From: Candidatus Sumerlaeaceae bacterium
GTDB lineage: Bacteria; Sumerlaeota; Sumerlaeia; Sumerlaeales; Sumerlaeaceae
NCBI GenBank assembly: GCA_051003195.1
Contig: JBPCLP010000021.1
Coordinates: 64,001-128,000 of the forward strand
DNA: 64,000 nucleotides
Direction of reading: 5' to 3'
Shown: piece by piece, positions 10,112 to 17,900 of the stretch
How positions within the stretch are numbered: the stretch's first letter is position 1
Layout of the letters: every line of letters begins with the position of its first letter
Program-made: the position numbers and the translations under genes
The notes under the pieces: generated by a model
Told to the model about the DNA's origin: nothing
The model's input: only the letters and a program-made list of their open reading frames with translations
Database searches by the model: none

Positions 10112-12241
10112 TTGACGCCCGGGTGCAATGCAGTGAGCATTGGATGGTCAATTTGCACAGCGAATGGACCGAGGGCTGATGGTTTGAACGGGCTGGTCGC
10201 ACAGGACGCGATGATCGACAACGTGGTAGCCGTGAGCGTGAACGACCGTGCTGGTGACACGGAGAGACCTGCGCGGGGCGCGGTATGCGCGGTGTTCGAG
10301 AGTGGCTCTTCGGGAGCGTTCCTGGGATTGCTTGCGCCGCACCAGATCGCCCGCGCTTCCGACAAAAACTTTGGGGAACTACTGCCCGACCCAACACCGG
10401 AACCCGTGGCGGGAGGCACATCGCTGCCGGAAGTTCTTAAACGCCTGCGAGTGTCGGGCGTCGAGGCGCTGCCAGTGCTGGATGAGAATTTCCGGTTCGT
10501 GGGGGGGATCTCTCAGCGGAGCATCCTGGACGCGCTGCTGAAGCGCGAGCGCGAGCTGATCAAAAAATCGCGCGAATTCCGGCAGGCAGTGCAGGACGAC
10601 AAACGACGCCGCTACGAAAGCGTTCGCCGGCTCGAGCAAGTGAACCAGGCGTTTAAAAAGCTTCTGGGTGCGCTTGCGCGGCCGCCGGGAATGGAAGTTT
10701 TTCAGCGCGGCATCGAGGCGCTGTCAGTGGTGGTTGAGGCAAGCTATGGCGCGGTAAACCTGCTAAATGAAAGCGGTCGCTATCGAGAGTCGATCATGAC
10801 GGGCGACGCGCCAGGCGGGACGGAAGGGACGAGGGATTTCCTGGAGCAGCGCTATATTATCCTGGAACAGGTTGTTCGCGGAAACAGGATCGTAAAGATT
10901 GCCGATGTGCCGCAGTATTTGCGCAAGCTGGGTGTCGATGTTCGACGCGTTACTGCCCGCAGTTTCCTCGGGGTTCCGATCTCTCGCGAAGGACACGTCT
11001 TCGGGTGCGCCTATGTCTGCGATAAGCAGGAAGGCGACGGATTTACTGATGATGACGAGGTGCTCGTGGCGAGTTATGCCAGTGGGCTTTCTCTAAGCCT
11101 GGCGCAGTCGCGCGAGATTGCGCAGCGGCGCCGCGCTGAACGCGAACGTGATATGCTGGCGAAACTCGGGCTGCGACTCACGACTGCTGATACGCTGGAT
11201 AAAGTTGCGGATGTCGTTCGTTCTCTGACGGAAGAATTCTGGGAATGGGACGCATTCCAGCTGGGCGTGCGACGTTCCGGAAAGGGAAAGCTCAAGACGC
11301 TCCTGGAGATTGACCACCACGGTCAACGCACCGACGGGGCCATTAAACAGCTGGCTGCTTCGGGCCCTGAGCAGTTTGAAGTGGCGCAAAATGCGCTGCC
11401 GGAAGCATCACAGGAAGAGGGGACCACTCCGCCGGTTCGCGGGCAGGACGCGTTGAACAAGTTGTTAGTTTCCGGGCACGCGGTGCTTATCAATCGCAGT
11501 GCAGAGGACCCCGGCCCCGACCTGCCCCGCTTCGGCGATGAAGCAAAAGAATCGGCCAGCATGGTCTTTGCGCCGCTGCGGATGGAGGGTACGTTTGTCG
11601 GCGTCATATCGGTGCAATCGTATAAGCCGGGCAGGTTCCAGGCAGGTGACCGCAAACTTCTGCAGCGGCTTGCAGAGGCCGTGGGACCTGCCCTGGGACG
11701 TTGCCAGGCAGAACTTCGAAGCGCCGCGTTTTCATCACTGGGGTATCGGCTCAGTATGGCGACGACTCCCGAAGAAGCCGCGCGAATCATCGTGGATATC
11801 GCGGATGACCTGATTGGCTGGGACGCGTGTTCGGTTTATTTATATGATGCGGGTGACAACATCTGCACCAACGTATTGCACATGGACCTTGTCGACGGTG
11901 AGCGGGTCTCGGTGCTTCCCGCAATGATAAGCTCACCGCCTGGTGCGCTGCCGCGACGGACGATTGAGGAAGGGCCCCAGCTGATCCTCCGCCAGGAGGC
12001 GAAATTTGAAAATGATACGGATCCATTCGGTGATCAAACGCGACCCTCCGCTTCGCTGATGTTTGTGCCGCTTCGCGTTGGCACGGGAGTGACGGGTATT
12101 CTCTCCATCCAGAGCTACGCACTGGACGCTTACGAGAGCGGCGATTTGTCTCTATTGCAGGCGCTTGCGGACCATTGCAGCGGCGCACTGGAGCGCACAC
12201 GTGTGTTGCAGGCAGCGCTGCGCGACGCACAGGTGACTTGA
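10112..12241 (+). CDS. CBS-domain plus three GAF-domain sensory protein with no recognisable output domain (start uncertain)
   Basis: CBS-like ALPVLDENFRFVGGIS; GAF1 SFLGVPI...GFTDDDE; duplicated GAF2/GAF3 (SASMVFAPLR / SASLMFVPLR, ISVQSY / LSIQSY). Confidence 0.8.
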   Translation: MTPGCNAVSIGWSICTANGPRADGLNGLVAQDAMIDNVVAVSVNDRAGDTERPARGAVCAVFESGSSGAFLGLLAPHQIARASDKNFGELLPDPTPEPVAGGTSLPEVLKRLRVSGVEALPVLDENFRFVGGISQRSILDALLKRERELIKKSREFRQAVQDDKRRRYESVRRLEQVNQAFKKLLGALARPPGMEVFQRGIEALSVVVEASYGAVNLLNESGRYRESIMTGDAPGGTEGTRDFLEQRYIILEQVVRGNRIVKIADVPQYLRKLGVDVRRVTARSFLGVPISREGHVFGCAYVCDKQEGDGFTDDDEVLVASYASGLSLSLAQSREIAQRRRAERERDMLAKLGLRLTTADTLDKVADVVRSLTEEFWEWDAFQLGVRRSGKGKLKTLLEIDHHGQRTDGAIKQLAASGPEQFEVAQNALPEASQEEGTTPPVRGQDALNKLLVSGHAVLINRSAEDPGPDLPRFGDEAKESASMVFAPLRMEGTFVGVISVQSYKPGRFQAGDRKLLQRLAEAVGPALGRCQAELRSAAFSSLGYRLSMATTPEEAARIIVDIADDLIGWDACSVYLYDAGDNICTNVLHMDLVDGERVSVLPAMISSPPGALPRRTIEEGPQLILRQEAKFENDTDPFGDQTRPSASLMFVPLRVGTGVTGILSIQSYALDAYESGDLSLLQALADHCSGALERTRVLQAALRDAQVT

Positions 12242-12344
12242 GCGGGTTGCTAGTGTTGTCTACCGCTAGTTTGTAATCAGTCTGTGTGCCGAATCGAGGG
12301 AAAGTTTGCCCTTTGGTTTGATAATGAACTACTGATTAGGCACA

Positions 12345-14783
12345 CTAGTTGTCGCTCGTGACCGAGAAAGTGATCCAGTCCGCCTGGCCGGCGTCGTCGA
12401 CGCAGCGCAGCCGGTGTATCCCGGGGGACGGCGCGAGATAAGCGGGCGCGGCGCGCTCGGCGGACGCGATGAGTTCGCCGTCGAGGAACCAGTAGAGCCG
12501 TCGGCTGGATGGCGGTGCGGAGGCTTCCAGTGAAACTTTCTGTGCGGCGGGGCTGCGTCCTGCTGTAATAATAAATGAGTCGCCCGCTATTGGCGACGTG
12601 ATTCGCAATTCTGGTCCGCGCGCAATCGACGGGCACTCGTGATTGTGCGGCGGCGGAAGGGCGGACTCTGACGCGTTGCTGGCCAGCCACGACGCAGTAG
12701 TGCCGGGCCAAAACGAAAATACTCGATCCACTGCGTGGTGGCCGTGCAGACAGCGCATACAGAGTTGCTCGCCGGATGCCGTATCGATACGCACGCGCTT
12801 GTGCACCGCGCACGACGCCGCGCATTCCAGTGTGCCGTGGCGGTCGTGAGGTTGCACGAGAGGAGCTTCGGCGGTGCACGTTGAAGGACAGTCGCCGCCG
12901 GCAGGGTAGCCACTCTCGCGGCAGATGACCACGTTGCGCAATTCTGCCTTTGGGGATGAAGGCCAATTGCAATTCGTTTTCCGCGTTGGCCGAATCTGCT
13001 CGATAAGCTTGAGTGCGACCGGTGCAGCAGCGCGGGCGCCAACCAGCGCTTTGCTGCCGTGGCCGTCGAAGTTCCCAATCCAGATCCCGACGGTATGATG
13101 ACGGTCGTAAGCGATGGTCCACGCATCACGGAATCCGCTGCTCGTGCCCGTTTTCCATGCGACACCTTCCATGCCTGCGAGAGCGGAGTCCACATGTTCG
13201 GGATTGCGCAGATCGACGTCAGCCAGCGCCCGATTAACGAAGTAACAGGCGGCGCGGGAGAGCAGGCGCTTGTCGCCTTGTTCGACACGTGCCAGCGGCT
13301 GGCGTTTGCCGCCGGCAGTTCCACGCGCTCCGCGAACCACACGGTAGGGCTTATAAACGCCGTCCCGCGCGAGCAGCGCGTAGGCGTTCGTCAGCTCCAG
13401 CAGGCTGATACCGCAGGAACCGATTGCGAGTGATAGACCGTAATCGCCGGCGGGCTGCTGCAAACTATCCATTCCGCAGGACTGGAAGAATTGCAGCGTG
13501 CGCGAGAGCCCGGTCTCGTTCAGTACCTGGATGGCAGGAACGTTGAGAGACCACGCCAGCGCGCGATCCGCAGGCACGAGCCCGCGGAATGCCTTGTCGA
13601 AATTTTCGGGTACGTACTGCGGATACTGCTGAGGAACATCGAACAAAACAGAGCTCGGCAGCAGGTTCCCGCATTTATATGCAAACGCGTAGATGAACGG
13701 CTTTAGGGTTGAACCCGGAGATCGCAAGGCAGTTGCGCCATTGACCTGTCCCGCGATGGTGGTGTTTGCGAAGTCGACGGAGCCGACAAGCGCAAGCACG
13801 TCACCCGTCGCGTTATCGAGAACGACCGCCGCGCCATTGGTCACTCCGTCGCCGCGCAGATCGCGCACCTGCTGCGAAACGAGCTTCTCCGCCTGGCGCT
13901 GGATGTTTAAATCCAGCGTTGTATCCAGCCGGGCGTGTCCGCCATAACGCGTGTACACCATCTCACTGAAGTGCGGTGCCTGCACGACCGTGTTGAAGTT
14001 TCCAATCGATGGCTTGCGATGGATCACGCGACTGTAATCGTCAGATGGAACGGCGTTGCACGCGAGCATACAGTGCAGCACATGCGCACGGCGTTTGAGC
14101 GCGTTGGTCTGGTGGCGGTCCGGACGCAGGCGCGAGGGCGATTGCGGCAATCCTGCCAGCAGGGCTGCTTCGGATAGCGACAACTCGGCAGCGCTTTTAT
14201 TATAGTAGCGGCGAGATGCAGCTTCGACCCCACAAAGATTTCCGCCATACGGCGCGTTGGTAAGGTAGAGTTCGAGGATCTGTTCTTTCGTGAGATGCCG
14301 CTCGAGTTGAAGAGCGCGGAATGCCTGGCTCAGCTTGCGTGCGAAAGTGCGATCGCGCGGTTGCGAGAGCGCCGCGACCTGCATGCTGAGGGTGGATGCG
14401 CCAGACACGATACGCCCATGACGGATGTTCGAAAGTGCGGCACGGCCGACCGCGATCCAGTCGATGCCGTGGTGACGATAAAAGCGTTTGTCTTCCACCG
14501 CGATCGTCGCTTTGACGAGCCAGGGTGATACCTCGGCAAGCTTTATGGGAATGCGCCAGCGTTCGTCGCTGCCAAGATACGCGCGCAGCGGTTTGCCGTT
14601 TCGGTCAAACAGCGTGGTCGATATTTCCCGGGCCTGGTACAGTGTGGAGTCGAACGAGATGAAACGCACCGCAAGTTCAAGAGTCCCCAAAGAAAGCAGG
14701 AAACAACAAACGATTCCTCCGGCCACATACGACCAAACTCTGATCAGTCGCCGCCTCAGAAATCCGCGGAGTTTTTTAACCAT
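12345..14783 (-). CDS. pbpC: Penicillin-binding protein 1C
   Basis: Transglycosylase motifs EDKRFYRHHG and GASTLSMQ; transpeptidase motifs STLK, SLN, KTG; C-terminal BiPBP_C-like domain; directly downstream of alpha-2-macroglobulin. Confidence 0.93.
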   Translation of the reverse strand: MVKKLRGFLRRRLIRVWSYVAGGIVCCFLLSLGTLELAVRFISFDSTLYQAREISTTLFDRNGKPLRAYLGSDERWRIPIKLAEVSPWLVKATIAVEDKRFYRHHGIDWIAVGRAALSNIRHGRIVSGASTLSMQVAALSQPRDRTFARKLSQAFRALQLERHLTKEQILELYLTNAPYGGNLCGVEAASRRYYNKSAAELSLSEAALLAGLPQSPSRLRPDRHQTNALKRRAHVLHCMLACNAVPSDDYSRVIHRKPSIGNFNTVVQAPHFSEMVYTRYGGHARLDTTLDLNIQRQAEKLVSQQVRDLRGDGVTNGAAVVLDNATGDVLALVGSVDFANTTIAGQVNGATALRSPGSTLKPFIYAFAYKCGNLLPSSVLFDVPQQYPQYVPENFDKAFRGLVPADRALAWSLNVPAIQVLNETGLSRTLQFFQSCGMDSLQQPAGDYGLSLAIGSCGISLLELTNAYALLARDGVYKPYRVVRGARGTAGGKRQPLARVEQGDKRLLSRAACYFVNRALADVDLRNPEHVDSALAGMEGVAWKTGTSSGFRDAWTIAYDRHHTVGIWIGNFDGHGSKALVGARAAAPVALKLIEQIRPTRKTNCNWPSSPKAELRNVVICRESGYPAGGDCPSTCTAEAPLVQPHDRHGTLECAASCAVHKRVRIDTASGEQLCMRCLHGHHAVDRVFSFWPGTTASWLASNASESALPPPHNHECPSIARGPELRITSPIAGDSFIITAGRSPAAQKVSLEASAPPSSRRLYWFLDGELIASAERAAPAYLAPSPGIHRLRCVDDAGQADWITFSVTSDN

Positions 14784-14801
14784 GGAAACCACCGAACTCT
14801 A

Positions 14802-14913
14802 GATGACTACCCGCTTCACTTGAAGCGTGGCATCCTTGAAGTCTAACAACACGGCGACATGTCTCCCATAGAGCTTCTCATCGAGCCCCGGTTTTAACTC
14901 GTGGAGAATCGAC
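14802..14913. repeat. Two-hairpin element resembling IS200/IS605 ends (possible non-autonomous remnant)
   Basis: CGCTTCA-CT-TGAAGCG hairpin at 14812-14827 within GACTACCC...GGCATCC; imperfect hairpin GAGCCCCGGTTTTAACTCGTGGAG at 14883-14906; no transposase. Confidence 0.3.
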
Positions 14914-14983
14914 TGTGTGGCTGCGATAGTTAGTCTGTTGTTGTCTGCCTGCAGCATAATGTATTACTCCGTGAATTCTGTGG

Positions 14984-17900
14984 TTAAGGTTTAGGCAGCA
15001 CAACTACAGTCCCCGCGCCGGAGCGTGCCTGGATTTCGGGATCGTACATGCAGGATGCCTGGACAGGCGGCAGCACGAATGTACCTTGTGAGACCGCGCG
15101 CGCCGCGTAGCGGAACGTTCCTTTGATCGCGGAACCGCTGCCGTCCAGGTCGACAAACGCGAGCATGCGGTCATCACGGGCGTCGGTCCTCTGGATGTTG
15201 AGTCCTCCTGCGCCCTGCGTATCGGATGGTTCGTTGTCAGCTTCCGCGTCGGACGGCTCGTTTTCTTCATCTGCGGCCGCACCCTCGTCTGAATCATCGG
15301 CAGTGTGTTCGGACGAATCGCCGGAGATCTGTTCGGAAGTTGCGAGGTTCGCATTTTCAATTTCGAGCCCTGCAGGCAGCAGGTCCTCGATGACGACATT
15401 TTTTAAAGAACGAGCAGACTGCAGTTTCACTTCGACGACGACGAGCTGCCCCTGCTGGAGATTACGCGGATCCAATCGCCTGTTTTTCCGGTCCAGGAAT
15501 ATGCGCTCTACCGAGATGCCGCGTGACACGGACGTCGTGTCCAGTTTCGTCGGGACACCCTCCACTGTCCAGGCAAGATATGCGCGTCCCTGGCCACTTA
15601 CCTCGACGACGGCAGCGTTGGTGACATCCTCCATTGAAACATGAAGCGATTCGCTGGACTGGAAATCGAACGACCTCGCGGCGCCCCGTATCGAACCGGT
15701 GAAGTCCTGCGGCGTTCCCGAGATTTTCTTCGTGTACTTGCCGAGCGCCCAGATGGCAAACGCGTTGTCCTGCGTTGTGCCCCAATGTCCATCGCGACCG
15801 CGTAGTTTCTGTAACCTGTCTACCAGCTGCGGCACTTCAGCCGCGCCGGAATTGGTATCGAGTGCCGCGGAGAGCAGCAGCGCGAGTTCACGTGCCGGAG
15901 AGCTGAGGATGCCGCCGGTCTGCCGCCGGGTTTCAGTGGTTTGGAATGTCACGGGTTCAGCCATCAGCGTGCGCGCTTCGGCGGCGTTGCCGGCCATCGC
16001 AAAGGAGGACGCAAGCAGCGCACGAGCAGTGGGTGTGAGTCGCGCCCGCGCCTCGAACAGTGCTTCCTGCCGTTCGAGATTTCGCTTACCTGCTGCAGCC
16101 ACCACGTAGGCGGCGTAGCAACGCTCGGTCATCGTGTCGAGGCTGGTATCATCCGAAAAACTTCCCATGTTCGCACGAAGGTAATCGAGCGCCTCATCCA
16201 GCGCCGTTTCCGAGACATCATAGCCGGCCTTCTTTGCTTCGACGAGGAAATGGACAGCATAAATGGTACCCCAATCCCAGGGATCGCGCTGTCCCTGCCA
16301 CATGACAAACCCGCCATTGGAGAGCTGCATCGAAAGTAAACGATCTACGCACCACTGGACCTTGCTCTCCACGACGTAGCGGTTTGCTTCGCCGCTTGTT
16401 ATCAGGTCCGCGAGTTCGGGCACGAACAGCAGCGGGAATCCCGATGACACCGTCTGCTCCAGGCAGCCATATTTGTAGTAGTAGAGATATTTAATCGCGG
16501 ATGCGAGGTGCACGGTCGGCATGCTGGACACGACGAGCGTGCCGGTTGACGTGCCCGCCACAAACTGCGTCTGCGGGAAAGTGAGCGGTTTGGATTCTCC
16601 GGCGTTTACGGTTTCCACCCCTGATTGCGAAGTGAACGGCATGGCCGGGCGCACTGGTAGACGCACGGTGTCGGCGTAGCTTTCCGCCCCCATTGTTCCT
16701 GCGAAATGCACCTCCGCAGGCCCGACCGAATCCGCGACGCGCATGCGAACCGGGAGCGTCAGCATCCCTCGCGCAGCGATTGCTTCTGTCTGCCTGGATG
16801 CAGCCTTGCTGTCTGTGGCAGCGCCGGTCCAGTTGGTAGACAGTGAAAGCGGACCCGAAGTCAGGACTGTAAACTGCACCGGCTGTGGCGTGTCTGTGTT
16901 GTTGTAGAGCACAAAGGGAATCGTCACATCGTCGCCCGGGGCAAGAAAGCGCGGCAGACTCTCTTTAATCATGAGCGGATTGCGCACGTAGACATTGCTG
17001 TCGCCCGATCCCATTCGCTGATCGGCAGCAGCGACGGCAATGACTCGCAGTTGTCCCATGAACTGTGGCACGTCGAGAGTCACCGTGGCACTGCCCTGGT
17101 CATCCGTTTTAACAATTCCCTTCCAGATCACTGTGGGTTTCACACGCTCGGTATGGATCGGCGAGAGTTTACGCCCAGCGGCCTCGTCTCCGCCGACAGC
17201 GGACTTTTCGCCCGCCCGCTCCGTGATTTCAGGCATCAGCTCGGCGAAGAAGTCGGCTGTGGTAACCAGCAGACGACGAGCAGCGGTGAAAAAATCCAGC
17301 GGATCAGGCGTTTCGAAATCGGTTAGCGAGAGAATTCCCTCGTCCACTGCCCAGACAACTAGTTCTGCTGCTATGGGCTGGCTCGTGTTTGCATCCTTCG
17401 CGGAGACCGACACTGTCAGCGGCTGTTGCGGGCGCGTCTCTTCTGGCTGGTTAACATCGATCGCGATCCTTCGATGGTCGGAACTCAGCCGCACGTTCGC
17501 GCTGCCGAATGCACGGTGCGGCAGCCACTTCTCCTCAGGCTTTACGGCTCGCACCACAGATGCGACGCAGTAAAAGTTCGGAGCCATTGCGGCATCCACT
17601 GGCAGCTCGATCTCGTGTGTGTTGTGCGCCATCGTGATTACCTGACTCGTGAGAACATTGTCCTGCTCGGTCGTAAGAAGCAGCGTGCCTGCGAATGGAC
17701 TCTTTATCAGAAGCCGCGCTTTGTCACCCGGCGCATAAGATTTCTTATCCAGCACAAGTTCGAGCTGCTCCGGCTTTTCCATGGACCATGGCTGCTCGCC
17801 CCAGTTCGGCGAGGATACGTGGAACGGGAGCGCGGTAAGGGAGCCAGTTGCAGTGCTGGCGACGCGCAAAAGATAACTGCCGGGCTCGCTGGGTGTCCAG

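Noticed and set aside
10096..10115. Sigma-54 promoter-like TGGCACG (similar TGGCAC at about 20779 and 39073)
   Set aside because: The -12 TTGC element is missing or wrongly spaced in each case.
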